Source: Lama glama | Lineage: Eukaryota | Length of the DNA: 64,000 nucleotides | Direction of reading: 5' to 3' | Assembly: GCA_028534125.1 (NCBI GenBank) | Contig: CM052817.1 | Location: 102,984,001 to 103,048,000 of the forward strand | Position numbers and translations under genes: made by a program | The notes under the pieces: generated by a model | What the model was told of the DNA's origin: nothing | The model's input: only the letters and a program-made list of their open reading frames with translations | Databases searched by the model: none | Part shown: piece by piece, positions 13,156 through 27,320 of the stretch | Position numbering within the stretch: the first letter of the stretch is position 1 | How the letters are laid out: every line of letters starts with the position of its first letter

Positions 13156-13655
13156 NNNNNNNNNNNNNNNNNNNNNNNNNNNNNNNNNNNNNNNNNNNNN
13201 NNNNNNNNNNNNNNNNNNNNNNNNNNNNNNNNNNNNNNNNNNNNNNNNNNNNNNNNNNNNNNNNNNNNNNNNNNNNNNNNNNNNNNNNNNNNNNNNNNNN
13301 NNNNNNNNNNNNNNNNNNNNNNNNNNNNNNNNNNNNNNNNNNNNNNNNNNNNNNNNNNNNNNNNNNNNNNNNNNNNNNNNNNNNNNNNNNNNNNNNNNNN
13401 NNNNNNNNNNNNNNNNNNNNNNNNNNNNNNNNNNNNNNNNNNNNNNNNNNNNNNNNNNNNNNNNNNNNNNNNNNNNNNNNNNNNNNNNNNNNNNNNNNNN
13501 NNNNNNNNNNNNNNNNNNNNNNNNNNNNNNNNNNNNNNNNNNNNNNNNNNNNNNNNNNNNNNNNNNNNNNNNNNNNNNNNNNNNNNNNNNNNNNNNNNNN
13601 NNNNNNNNNNNNNNNNNNNNNNNNNNNNNNNNNNNNNNNNNNNNNNNNNNNNNNN
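13156..13655. other. Assembly gap (500 N)
   Basis: Exactly 500 N. Confidence 0.99.
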
Positions 13656-16600
13656 AAAACACTAGGAGTCAGGAGTAGATTAGATGATTCAGAGGAATGA
13701 ATTACCAAACTGGAAGACAAAGTTGTGGAAATTATCTGAGCTAAATAGAAAATAGAAAAAATAATTTTTAAAAATGAGTATAGTTTAGGAGAACTCTGAG
13801 GCAGTAACAAGCATCTAACAGTCACGTTACATGGGTCCCAGAAGGAGAAACCAGAAAGGGCATAGTACTTACTTGAAAAATAATAGTTGAAAACTTCCGT
13901 AAAAATTGAGAAAAGAAACAGGCATGCAGATTCAGGAAGCACAGAGAGTCCATGAGAAGATCAACCCAGATATCATAATTAAAATGGCAAAAACATTAAA
14001 GATAAAGAAGAAATCTTAAAAGTTGAAAGAGAAGTGCAACAGGTACGTACAAAGGGAATTCTATAAGTCTATCAATTGAATTTTTAGCAGAAATTTTACA
14101 GGTCTGAAGGGAGTGGCATGAAATAGTTAAAGTGATAGAAGTAAAGAATCTACAGTCAAAAATACTCTACCCATGAGGCTGTCATTCAGATTTGAATGAC
14201 AGATAAAGATTTTTACACATCAGCAAAAGCCACAAGAGTTCATTACCACTAAATTGGCCTTGTAAGAAATGTTGCTTATGTGTAAAAGACAAAAGGAGTA
14301 AAATTATCTATATCCACAATAAATAGTTAAGATATACACAAAATAAAAATATGTAAAATATGATGTCAAAACATTACATGTGGTAGGGGGAGTAAAAGTT
14401 CAGGGTTATTAGAATGAGTTCAATGTAAGAAATCATCATCTTAAGATAATCACATACATATGTATATACATATATATAATATATTATATATATGTTGTTA
14501 TATTTGAACCTCATGGTAACCACAAATTAAAAACCTATAATGGATACACAAACAAAACAGAGAAAAAAATCCAAAAATAAAACTGAAGATAGTCATTAAT
14601 TCACAACAGAAGAGGGAAAAAAAAAAGGAACAAAAAAAGAACTACAAAAACAACCTGAGAAAAATTTACATTATGCAATATGTGCATAGCTATCAATAAT
14701 TACTTTAAAGTTAAATGGGACATATGCTCCAATAAAAAGAGAGGGTGGCTGAATGGATTAAAAAAAAAAAGACCATATTCATGTTGCCTACAAGAGACTG
14801 ACATCAGATGTAAAGACACACAGAAAAAAAGAAAGGATGAAAAAAAATTATTCTGTACAGATGGAAACAAAAAGCTAGGGTAGCAACACTTAGGCAAAAT
14901 AAACTTTAAAACAAAGACTGCAACAAAAAACAGAAGAAAATTACACAACAATAAAGTGATCAATTCAACAAGAATATACAAAAATTGTAAATATGCACCC
15001 AACATAGGAGCACGTAAATACATAAAGCAAATATTCATAAACATAAAGAGAGAAATTGGCAGTGCCACAATAATGGTAGGGGACTTCAACACCACACTTG
15101 TATCTCTGGACAGATCACCTGGACAGAAAATCAGTAAGGAAACAATGGCCATAAATAACACATTAGACCAGATGGTCTTACTAGGCATATATAGACCATT
15201 TCATCCAAAACCAGCAGAATACAGATTCTTTGAAGTGCACAGGGAACATTCTCCAGAATAGATCACATGCTATTTCTCAGAATAAATTTAAGCAAATTGA
15301 AATCTTATCAAGCATCTTTTCTGATCACAAGATATGAGACAAGAAATCAACTATGAGAAAAAACTAAAAACACAAACACATGAAGACTAAACATCTGCTA
15401 CTAAACAACAAATGGGGTCACTGAAGAGATCAAAAGAAAATCAAAAAAATACCTGGAGATAAAAGAAAATGGCAACATCATGATCCAAAATCTACAGAAC
15501 ATGGAAAAAGCATTTCTAAGTGGGAAGTGTATAGTGATATAAGCTTACTTCGAGATATAAGAAAAATCTTGCATAAACAAATTAACCTCATACCTAAAGG
15601 AACTAAAAAAAGAACAACAAACAAAATCCAGTTAGTAGACTGAAAATAACAACAAAAAACAGAGCATAAATAAGTGAAATAGTGACCTAAAAAGCAATAG
15701 AAAAGATCAATTAAACTAAGAGCTGGTTCTTTGCAATGATAAACAAAATTGAGACGTTACAACCAACACCAGACAATTACAAAGAATCATAAGAGATTAC
15801 TTACAATTATAGGTCAATAAATGGAAAACCAAGAGGAATGTATAAATTCCTGAAAGTGTACAGTGTCCCAAGAATGAATCACAAAGAAGCAGAGAATATG
15901 AACAGACTGATTACCATAATGAAATTGAGCAAGTGAAAAAACAAAAAAACTTCCAGAAACAAAAGTGCAGAACTAGATGGCTTCAGAGGTGAACTCTACC
16001 AAACCATTTAAAGAAGAGTTAACACCTATCCTTCTAAAACTATTCTAAAAAATTGAAGAGAAAGGAACATTTCTGAACTCATTCTACAAGGACTAATATA
16101 AAAACCAGACAGAAACACCACAAAAAAAATTATAGTCCAGTATCACTGATTAACATAGATGCAAAAATCCTCAATGAAATATTAGCAAACTGAATCCAGC
16201 AATGTCCAAAAAGAATCATACACTATGATCAAGTGAGTTTTATACTACAGGGATGCAAAGATGGTTCAATATTCACAAATCAATCAATATGATATACCAC
16301 ATTAACAAAAGGAGAAAAAAATCATGCAATCATCTCAATAGATGCAGAAAAGGTATTTGACAAAATTCATCATCTATTCATGATAAAAACTCTCACCAAA
16401 GTGGATACAGAGGGAACATACCTCAACATTAAAAAATATTATGCCATAAAAACATTAAAAACTTTAAACATTAGAAAACATTCTGAAAAATCTACAGCTA
16501 ATACCATGCTCAATGGTGAAAGTCCAAAGGATTTTTTTCAGTTCAGGAGCATGACAAGGATATTTACCACATTTACCACTTTTATTCAATTTAGAATTGG

Positions 16601-18527
16601 AAATCTTAACCACAGCAATCATACAAGAAAAGGAAATAAAAGGAACCCAAATTAGAAAAGAATAGGTAAAACTGTAACTATTTGTAGATGACATCATATT
16701 ATATAAAGTCCTAAGACATCATCAAAAAAACTATTAGAACTAATAAATGAATTCAGTAATGTTACAGGATGCAAAATTAACATACAGGAATCTGTTGTTT
16801 CCCTACACTTACAACAAATTATTAAAAAGAGAAATTAAGAAAGCAGTCCAATTTATAATCCCATTTACAGATTCAATGCAATCTCTATCAAAATACCAAT
16901 GGCATTTTCCCCAGAAGTAGAATAACTCTAAATTGTATATAAAAACACAAAACACCCCAAACAGCCAAAGCAACCTTGAGAAAGAAGAACAAAGCTGGAG
17001 ATAGCATGCTCCCTGATTTCAAACTGTACTACAGTACGGTACTGGCACAAACACAGAAAAATAGAAGAGTGGAACAGAAAAGAGAGCCCGGAAATAAGCC
17101 CTGACTCATATGGCCAATTAATCTACAACAAAGGGGCCCAGGATACACTATGGGGAAAAGATAACCTCTTCAATAAATGGTGTTGGGAAAACTGGACAGC
17201 TCCATATAGAAGAATAAAACTTGAGTACTTTTGGATACCATGAACAAAAATAAACTCAAAATAAAGACTTAAATGTAAGACTTGAAACCATAAAACTCCT
17301 AGAGGAAAACGTAGGCAGTGAGCTCTCTGACTTCTATCTTAGCAATAGTTTCTTAGATCTTCTTCACAGTCAAGGAAAACAAAAGCAAAAATAAACAAAT
17401 GGGACTATATAAAACTAAAAAGCTTTTGCCTGGTGAAGGAAACTATCCACAACAAAAAAAGGCAGCCTACTGAAAGGGAAAAGATATTTGCAAACCATAT
17501 AATCAATAAAGAGTTAATATCCTAAATATATAAAGACCTCATACAATTCAGCATTAAAAAAAAAAACAAACCCAAACAACCTGATTAAATAACAGGGAGA
17601 GGACCAGAACAGACATTTTTCTAAAAAAGACATACAGATGGCTAACAGACACCTGAAAAGATGTTCAACATCCCTAATTATCAGGGAAATGCAAATCAAT
17701 ACCACAATGAGATATCATTGTCAGAATGGCCATTATCAAAAAGACAATAAATAACAATTGTTGGGAGGATTAAAGAAAAGGGAATTCTTATGCACTATTG
17801 GTGGGATTATAAACTGGTACAGCCAATATGGAAAACAATATTGACATTCCTCAAAAAATTAAAAATAGAACTAGCATATAATCCACCAATTCTACTTCTG
17901 GATATTTTTTCAAAGAAAATAAAAGCACTAATTTTAAGATATATGAACCCATATGTTCACTGCAGCACTATTTACAATAGCCAAGATATGAAAGGAACCT
18001 AACTGTCTATTAATAGATGGATGAATAAAGAAAATGTGGTATATATACACACAACAGAATACTACTCAGCCATAAAAAATGAAACATTGCCATTTGTCAC
18101 AATGTGGATGACCTTGAGAGTGCTTTGCTAAGTGAAATGAGTCAGACAGAAAAAGACAAATGACATATGATTTCACTTATATGTGGAATCTAGAAAACAA
18201 ACAAAGAAATAAACATGACAAAATAGAGACAGAGTCATAGATACAGAGAACAAACTGGTGGTTGCCAGAGAGGGAGGTCTGGGGGATCAATGAAATAGGT
18301 GAGATAAGTTAAGAGGCACAAACATCTGGTTATAAAATAACAGTCACAGGCATGTAATGTACAACCTGGCAAATATAAGCCAAAATATCTTAATAACTTT
18401 GTATGGTGACAGATGGTAACTAGACTCATTTTGGTGATCATTTTGTAATGTATAAAAATGTAGAGTCACTATCTTGTACAACTGAACTATTATAATATAG
18501 TAAGTTAATTACACTTCAATAAAAAAA
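13656..18527 (+). mobile_element. Long inactive L1 (ORF1 3' part, ORF2, 3'UTR, poly(A)); 5' end lost in the gap
   Basis: ORF 14956-15261 encodes an L1 endonuclease segment (YAPNIGA...IMVGDFNTTL...DRSPGQKISKET). RT motifs at about 16140-16700 (tatttgtagatgacatcata, LFxDD). Ends cttcaataaaaaaa. Many stops, frameshifts and internal deletions. Confidence 0.97.
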
Positions 18528-18611
18528 GAAACATTTCAAACAGTGGAGGTGATTTCATTTATGGTATGTAAACCAACCAGTCAACAAATAAATAATTAAA
18601 AACAAACAAAC

Positions 18612-18730
18612 AGTAAAAAAAGAATATGAAAATGAATATATGTATGTTCATGTATGACTGAAGCATTGTGCTGTACACCAGAAACTGACACAACATTGTA
18701 AACTGACTGTACTTCAGTAAAAATATATAT
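18612..18730 (+). mobile_element. Short 5'-truncated young L1 3' end (camelid type)
   Basis: gaatatatgtatgttcatgtatgactgaagcattgtgctgtacaccagaaactgacacaacattgtaaactgactgtacttcagtaaaaa, flanked on both sides by aaaacaaacaaaca. Confidence 0.88.
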
Positions 18731-18746
18731 AAAACAAACAAACAAA

Positions 18747-20091
18747 AAAGATTCAAAGGAGAAGCTGACTCTCTTGTTAGAGGTTAGTGTACCTGGCATC
18801 TTAAAGTCGAAGCCAATGCTCATTTACTATACGGAAAATGCTCGGGCCCTTAAAAATTATGCCATGTCTATTCAGCTTGTGCTCTATAAATGGAACAACA
18901 GAGCTTGGATAATGGCACATGTGTTTACAATGTGATTTACTGAAAATTTTAAGTAGTTTTTTGGGATCTACTTATTGGGAAAAATAGATTCCTCACAAAA
19001 TATTAGTGTCATTGACAATGCCCCCTGGTCACCCAACAGTTCTGATAAAGACGTACAATGAGATTGATGTTGTTTTTATGCCTCTAACACAACATCCATT
19101 CTGCGTCCCATGGGTCTAGGAGTAATTTCCACTTTCAAGTCACTATTTAAGAGATACATTTCGTATGGCTATAGCTACCTCAGGCAGTGATCCCACTGAT
19201 GGACCTGAGCAAAGTAAATTAAAAACCTTCTGGAAAGGATTCCCACTCTAGATGCCAGTAAGAACATTTGTAATTCATGAGAAGAGGTCAAAACAACAAT
19301 CACAGGAGTTAGGGAGAAGTTTTTCTAACCCTCATGGGTGACTTTGAGGGGTTCAAGACTTCAGTGCAGGAAGTAAGTGCACATGTGGTCGAAATGGCAG
19401 GGGAACTAGAATTCAACGTGGAGCCCGACGACATAACTGAATTGCTGCAACCTCATGATAAAATTTTAACAGATGCCGAGCTGCTTCTTATGGATGAGCA
19501 AAGAAAGTGGTTTCCTGAGATGGAAACCACTTCCAGTGAAGATGCTGTGAAGATTGGTGAAATGACAACAAAGGATTTAGGTGGTTACATTAACTTAGTT
19601 GATAAACAGCAGCAAGGTTTGAGAGGATTGGTTCCAATTTTGAAAGAAGTTCTACTATGGGTACAATGCTATTGAACAGCATTGCATGTTACAGAGAAAT
19701 TGTTCCCCCAAGGAAGAGTCAATCAATGTGGCAAACTTTGTGGTTGTCTTATTTTAAGAAATTGCCACAGCCACCCCAGCCTTCAACAGCCACCACCCTT
19801 ATTAGTCAGTAGCCACCAACGCTGAGGCAAGATCCTCTACCAGCAAAACGATTATGACTCTCTGAAGTTCAGAAGGCCTTAGCATTTTTTAGCAGTAAAG
19901 TATTTTTAATTAAGGTATGTACATTGTTTTTTAGACATAATGCTATTGCACACTTAATAGACCACAGTATAGTGCAAGCATAACTTTTATACACACTGGG
20001 AAACCAAAAATTTGTGTAATTCACTTTATTGCTATATTTGCTTTATTGTGGTGGTATGAACTGAACCCACATTATCTCTAAGGTATGCCTG
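18747..20091 (+). mobile_element. Tigger1 DNA transposon, 3' part with decayed transposase
   Basis: ORF 19334-19675 ([12 protein letters not shown]...[32 protein letters not shown]) matches the Tigger1/TIGD1-type transposase C-terminus. Right terminus aggtatgcctg followed by TA at 20092-20093. Confidence 0.95.
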
Positions 20092-20099
20092 TAACTTAT

Positions 20100-23000
20100 G
20101 GTTTAAAAGGAGACCATAATAGGGACTTTAATTTACTTAGAAATGAACAATTAAACAAATTATTAAATATCAAACCCTGTGAATTTCTGTGAAATACTTT
20201 GAATTATAACTGTTTATAGCTATAAATGCTATATTCAAAGAAAAATAAAACTTAATGAGCTAGTTATTCGAAATATAAAAACAGAAGAATAAATCAAAGA
20301 ATGCAGAAAGTAGGAGATACTTTTTTAAATGGTGAAAGTAAGTGACTGAAAGAGAATCAGCCAAGCCAAAGACAAACCTCTAGTGAGATTGTTCAAGAAA
20401 AAGGAGGAGAAAAAAAAAAAACAACCAACCACAGGAATTAAAAAGACAACAGAACTACAGTTACAGCAAAGATTAAAAGAGCATAAGGAAATAGCAAGAA
20501 CAAGTTTGTATTATTGAAAGTATATGTAAAATGAGCAAATTTTGAGAAAATAGCACTTATAAAATTGTTTCAAAAAAGAAGACATAGTCTAAATATATAC
20601 TAGTCATTGAATCAGTAGTTGAAATATTCATATAATAAACATGAACCACAGTAGTTTCACAAATTGGACAAAACATTCAAAGTACCAAATATTTTGGCTT
20701 TTATATACATTTTTCAAGATAGTTAAAGAGGAAGGAATACTTCCAATCCTCCCTTGAAGTCAGAACAACCTTGACACCAAAATCAGACAAGGATTTTATG
20801 AGTAAGAAAAATGATATTCCTGTTTCAGGCAAGAATAAAAATGCAGTAGTCTCCAAATTAATACCGAAATGGATACAAAACCTAATTCACAAATGACCAA
20901 GGTGTATTCATCCCAGTAATCCAAGAGTAGTTTAACATTTAAAAATCTATAAATATCATTCACCACATCAAATATTAAATACATACAAAACAAAAATTTG
21001 ATAAAACTCAATACTTCAAGTAATAAAAATGTTTAACAAACTACGAATAAAAGAGAACTCCTTTAATTTGATAAGAGGTTTCCACCAAAAGGCTAAAGGG
21101 AACATCATTGTTAATGGTGAAATATCAGGCGAATTCCCTTCCAAATAATGAACAAGTTAAGGACATACAATCTTCCTACACCATTAAACATGGTACTGAA
21201 AGTCTTTGCTAGCATAGTAATACAAGAAGAAGAAATAAAAGTTATACACATGTAAAAGGAGGAAGCAAAATTGTTTTCCTCAAATTACATAACTGTTTGC
21301 AAATAAAACAAAACTTCCCCACAAACGTACAAACTATTAAAAACACAAATTTAGCGAGCTGGCTGGAAATATGATCAATAATACAACACCCATTGTATTT
21401 CTTCATAGCAGCACCAAAGACTAATAAAATCAGATTTTAAAACTGTTACCATTTACAGTAGGGACAAAATATGTTGTATACCTAAGAATAACTCTGAAAG
21501 TTGTGAAAATATTTTATCAAGAAAATTATAAAACTTTTTGGAAAGGTATTAAAGAAGACATAAACAAATGCAGACATAAAGAGTTTTTTGCTAAGGAAAC
21601 ACAGTATCGCAGTTTTAATTATGACTCAAATTTGTCTATGGACTTAATATAAGTTCATCAAAATCCCTAGAGATTTTTGTGGACTTTTGCAGGATAATTG
21701 TAAAATTTATGCAGAAGAACAAATAACCAAGAAAACAGAGACTCTTGTAGCAGAAATATAAGGTGGACCTGCCTTATAATTATTCAGATTTACTCTTAAG
21801 CCACACTAATTTTAAAAACATCGAGTAGCACAGGAATAGATAAATTGACCAGTGAAATACAAAATAACGCAGAATCATACCCAGGATTATTTGGACATTT
21901 ACTATATGACACAGGAAGTATTTTTAATAACTGTGGAAAGATATTCAATAAACAGTGCTGGAACGGTTGGGTATCCATGTGAAAAAAATGAAATTGGAGC
22001 TCAATCTCACAACACAGATGAAAATAATTATCAGATAGATTAAGGATTTAACTGTGAAAGACAAACTTACAACCATTAGGGCAACAAAACAAAACAAAAC
22101 AAAAACAAAAACAGGAAAACATCACTGTGAGAAAATCAAATTTCCCAGAATAGTGAAGAATTTCTTCAAGAGGCCAGGAAATGTACTTCGACAAAAGTAA
22201 AGACTGATAATTTACATTACATTAAAAATTAAGACTTAATACGCATCAGAAGACACCATAAATAAAGTGAAAAACAAGTCACATTCTAGAAGGATGTATT
22301 TGTAACACCCCACCAATAAACAGTTAGTTTGCAAAACATATAAGGAAGTACTACAAATCAGTAAAAGACAAATAAAGCAATAAGGCATTTCTCAGAAGAG
22401 GACACAGAATGTGAATAGGTACATGAAAAGTTATCAGTCTCATTAACGATCAGGAAAATGTAAATTAAGAGCATTGTGACATTATTTTATTCCTTCAATT
22501 GGGAAAAAATTAAACTTGATAATACCAAGCATTGGTGACGATGTGTATTGAACAGACTCAGAAAAAAATAATTAACATTTCCTGCTAAAATGGAAGATAG
22601 TCATACACTACAATCAGCACTTCTCCTAGGTACTTACTTTAGAGAAAGGCTTATCCATAGGCACTAGAAGTAACAGAATGTTCGTATAATCAGTTCACAG
22701 TATCAAAAACCTGAGAGATCCCAAATGCTCATCAGCAGATGAAAGGATAAATAAATATATTATGGTATATGCATATAACAAAACACTGTCAATCAGTTGC
22801 ACACAACAAAGATGAACCCTAAATATATAATGTTGAGTGAAAACTGCAAATCCCAGAAGATTGTGTGATAATATTCTTAAAGAGTTGAAGAATAAACAAT
22901 GTGGTGTGTAGGGCTGCATAGGTACGTAATAAAACTTAAAGGTGGGGAGGATGCTAACGTAAAATTCAAAACAGTGGTTGTGCCTAGAAGGTGAGGCAGG

Positions 23001-23140
23001 AGGAGGGGGTAGGAAAAAAGCACAGGGTGTCGGGCACACGGTCATTCACTTTATTAGTTATGCCTTATAAATTAAATCTCTGGCACATATGTTCTTTGGA
23101 CATACCAAATACTGCATAAAAAGATGAATAAGGAAAAAAA
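20100..23140 (+). mobile_element. Ancient L1 (L1M/L1ME-like) ORF2 and 3'UTR
   Basis: Degenerate colinear ORF2 landmarks (ccttgacaccaaaatcagacaagga; attcaataaacagtgctggaac; ataataccaagcattggtgacgatgtg). Confidence 0.85.
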
Positions 23141-24781
23141 CAAATTAAAAGACGGTGGTGGTAAGGGCTGCTTAAACGCACCAAAAAGCAGAATTTAAAA
23201 CTGAGAAAAAATAATTTAGAGTCCTTTTCTCTTTTTTGGGTTTTCATGAATATTTTTTATGGAATGATGGGGAAAGCAAATCAAGATGTCATTATTTATT
23301 CACATTATAACCTAGATTTCTAAAGATAAGTATTTTAAACTTAACTTGCATGTAAACTATACTTATTGCATATCCTTATGAACAGTTTCTTTATTTTGTA
23401 TATACATTAGAAGTGGAAGTCTTTTTAAAATTCTATGAATAAAGTGCAAATAATTATCATGAGTACCTACAAACAAAAAATAATACAAATGTGTACACAC
23501 ACAAAGAGCGAGCAATTGTAAAATATATGTACAAAATATTCTAGGAAACTTACATCTTGTAAAATAATGTGATAAAAATCATTTTAAAGTTTTAAAGGTA
23601 ATTTTAAGTTTTCAAGTAGAAAAGTTAAAAGATGTGAAATTTAAACTCTTAAGTCATTTGGTCTAAGAGGCATTTCTACAGCTGTTGAGTCAGTAAATTA
23701 TAGTAACGACTTATATGGCCTTCAGGAGCCTTGCCAGGTGACAGCTCGCCATCAGAAAACTGTCTGGGTTTCTCGAGTCTGGCAGTTGGCTTGTTCTCTC
23801 TGTAGGTGGACATAATTCTATCTTTCGCCTTTTCTCGTTCTTGCTTTTTTTATAGCCCACCTACCCTATTTATGGACACGAGCACTCGCAGAAGATCTTG
23901 AGGCTTATATGTGGGCAATTTGCAGGGGACTTTTTGCTTGTTTATTTACTTTGGGGGAAATAACAAAGAAAGTATCTGTTATCTGATCCCCTACACATTG
24001 TGCCGGCTGTAAAAAAAACATTTGTTTTTGTTTTTGCTTTTTTATAACCTCCAGCCAACCCTGCCACCAGCCCAGTACCTCCTAAGGTGTCTGTTCACAG
24101 GGTCTGCCTGGAGCATGTGGCCACCAGAGAACACCTTAAAATGCTGCCCCAAGAAATATCACAAGCAATAATTTCTTATGGATTTTCAAGAATATTCTGC
24201 TTATAAAATCCTGTGATAAAATATAATAGTGGAGACAACACAATCTAAGTTACCAGCCAACATGTTTCCCAGGCAATTTAATAACAGCTTGGGCTCCAGA
24301 GAGACCGAGAGGGATGGGACCAAACAGATGGGCTAGACAGAGGGCAAGTTGTAGCTTATGCTATAACTTTATGAAAGCTCTCAACGTTATTCCAAGGTAA
24401 GTTATTTCATTTCATCATAACTGGGAAACAAAAAAGGAGTGTATTCAACAACTCTTTGGGGAAGTCAGATTTGCTGATTAGGATCAAAATCACAAAGTTT
24501 CTAAAAGAAAAATATTCCAAGCATTTCAGAGGATACTCTTGGGTCTCTCAGAGGGGATAGTATTAGAATCAGAAACTTTAATATAGTACCCTTTTGAGAG
24601 CTCCTCAGATCAATCAATTGGTTCTAACTGCATCTAGAGATGAGAAAAATCCGGTACTGGCTCAGTTGCCTTCAGAAAAGAAAGATAGTGAAAACTTTTA
24701 AAGGCACATTTATTTAAACTCTTATATTTCTCGTAATTATGATGACAGAAGACTTAAGTTGAAAACTGAAAGGATAATGGC

Positions 24782-25050
24782 ATTTTTATTTCAGTTTTAT
24801 TGAGAAATAACTGACAGTCATCACTGGACAAGTCTAAGGTGTACAGCATGATGGTTTGATTTACATATATTGTGAAATGATCACCACACTAGGTTGAGTC
24901 AGCATCCATCATCTCATGTAGATACAATAAAAAGAAAAGAAAAAAGATTTTTCCTTGTGATGACAACCTTAGGATCTACTCTCTTAACAACTTTCCTATA
25001 TTTTCATTGCAGCAGTATTAATTATAGCCATCATATTGTACATTGCATCC
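24782..25050 (-). mobile_element. L1 3' end (L1MA9-like)
   Basis: ttttattgagaaataactgaca...aaggtgtacagcatgatggtttgatttacatatattgtgaaatgatcaccaca. Degenerate TSD taatggcattt / taagggcactt. Confidence 0.85.
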
Positions 25051-26249
25051 TAAGGGCACTTATTTTTAAAATACACACAAATACTATTATTTTTATTTGC
25101 AATTTCTTAATGGATTACTAAATACATTCTTAATTATATTAGATGACCATGGTTAGATTGCATTTTTTTTTCTTTTTTATATTTATATCCAGGTAAATAA
25201 AATTGTACTTTGAAAAACCCATTCAGCTGCTTTTTAAAACAGTTTCTAGCTATAGTTTCAACTGGTGGGCAGAGGGAGAACTGAAAAACAATATATCCTA
25301 AGGAGTGGAGGGAAAATGTTCCCTCTGTGGATTTTGCTCTGATTTTAATGAGGCGATCATGAATCAGAATGCTGGGAACTTGAAGTAACAAACCAAGGTT
25401 AAGAAGTTTCTGAGCGGTCACATCAACCTTATGACATTGGAAACTATGATTTTCCAGCAGGAGATCTTAAAATACAGGACACAAACATGAATCAGAAGGG
25501 TCATGGATATATTCTGACAAACAGTAAGTCTTCTCAGGGAGAAAAAGATGGGTTAGTAGTAAGAGGAAATACAACGACCATTCATTCAGGCGGTCGTTCA
25601 ACAAATACTCATGAACACAGGCCGTGCGTGGAGCAGGAGATACATAAATGCCCAAAGCAAGGCCTTCAACTTCCAATTTAATGCGTGGACAGAATGGATG
25701 ACGGGCTGGCGTCGTGAACTAACACGTTGTGGGGTGAATCTGAAAGCCTGAGTCTGTGAGTCGAGGCGCCTCTGCCGTCGCGAGCTGTAACTGGCCTTGC
25801 AACGCATGTTACGGAGACAGAGGGTTTTTCTTTTCCTTTGAATTTGAAGTGAAAATTATCAAAACCATATGCTGTGAATTTCACAAAGGATAATATTACT
25901 TGACCAGAAAATAGAAGCTGGTCCTCCTAACCAAAACGCAGTGAGGCGTCCAGCCCAAGTCCATCCTTTGATGAGGGAACTGGGAATGGGGAATGGAGAA
26001 GTGGATGGTGAGCAGTATCCTGGAATGGAGTAGTATCCTGGCTCCGAAGATTTAAAAGCATAACTAGATCCAGCCAAGTTTCTCTGGCTCCACCCTTACT
26101 TTTGACCCCAGGCCAGTGAGGTAGAGGAAGCCGTCTGTGAGGGCGGGTCCTCCTAGGACCTTCAGTGACACATGTCTTTACCCATCCACTCTTGCCCTTC
26201 ACTGAAACTTCTACCTCAGTTGACAATACAATTTATCATTTTAAAAAAC

Positions 26250-26380
26250 TCATTTATTCATCTACTAAACAAATATTTATGAAGAACTTAACTGTATGTC
26301 AGGAACTGTGCTGAGCATTAAATATGTAATGGTGAACAAAACGGTCACAGGCCTGCCTTCATGAAAATTACGGTTCAGTG
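26250..26380 (-). mobile_element. L2 3' fragment
   Basis: catttattcatctactaaacaaatatttat...tatgtcaggaactgtgctgagc...ggtgaacaaaac. Confidence 0.75.
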
Positions 26381-26529
26381 TTGAATATAGTTTATTGAGG
26401 ATTTGTTTAATTCTCTTATGCTTCTTGTTTTTTGGAGGCTATAAAAGCAACATGACACTATCTCTGTTCTCTAGGAGTTAACAGTTTGCAGAGACAGACA
26501 CGTCAAGTTTAAAAATACAAGGCAGTAAA

Positions 26530-26766
26530 CTGGGAATTCAAGATTTGCAGATACTGACTGGTATATATAAAACAGATAAACAAGTTTATACTGTAGAGCA
26601 TAGGGAAATGTATTCAGTATCTTGTAGTAGCTTACAGTGAAAAAGAATATAAAAATGAATATTTGTATATCCATGTATGACTGAAGCATTTTGCTGTACA
26701 CCAGAAATTGACGCAACATTGTAAACTTAACCATACCACAATTTAAAAATATATATATATATATAT
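26530..26766 (+). mobile_element. Young L1 3' end (camelid type)
   Basis: Same 3' sequence as 18612-18730 but longer, with a (TA)n tail; ggcagta on both flanks. Confidence 0.9.
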
Positions 26767-27109
26767 GGCAGTACATAATTAACAGCAAAATGCAGCACCA
26801 CCAAGGGCTGGAATATACAATTATGTAACAATCGTTGCTTCCTTGGGGACAGACACTGCTTCCCAGCACGACACTCAGAACATCGGCCAGGCAGGGTCTT
26901 ATGTCAGACAGGTGGTGTCTTCCTCTGCCATCTGTCCCTGGAAGTGCATGTAACAGAGAGGCAGGGACCCTGAAACTTGCAAAAAGAAAGAAAAATCACA
27001 CTAGTGTGGATATTCTCAAGAAAACCAGAACTTTCTATTTAAAAGCCAAAAGTAGTTCAATTTGGCATTTGACCAGTGAGGAAGCTGAGTGACGACTTAG
27101 TTTAAAACA

Positions 27110-27320
27110 TGATGTTAGTGATCTTGATTGTGGTGGTGCTTTCTTGGGTGTATACATCTATCAAAATTCATCAAATTGTACATGTGAAATATGTGTAGTT
27201 TACGGTACAGGAGCCATACCGCAATAAAGGTATATGTGTAAACAAACAAACAAACAAACAAACAAACAAAACAAAACATCAACCAACCAAAAATCAGCAA
27301 ACAAACAAAAGGACAAAATA
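27110..27320 (+). mobile_element. Old L1 3' end with (AAAC)n tail
   Basis: atcttgattgtggtggtg...ggtgtatacatctatcaaaattcatcaaattgtaca...caataaag, then (AAAC)n. Confidence 0.75.

Noticed and set aside
13073..13942. Long ORFs of 175-263 aa
   Set aside because: Open only because they run through the 500-N gap.
19334..19675. TIGD1-like domesticated gene
   Set aside because: Short open stretch in a Tigger1 copy that has upstream stops and frameshifts and lacks its 5' part.
7400..20300. Idea that the ancient L1 pieces at 4500-7660 and 20100-23140 are one split element
   Set aside because: Separated by kilobases of unique DNA containing a MIR, and by an assembly gap.
24272..24402. Strong plus-strand donor AAG|gtaagt with an upstream acceptor
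   Set aside because: Isolated candidate with stop codons and no partner exons found.
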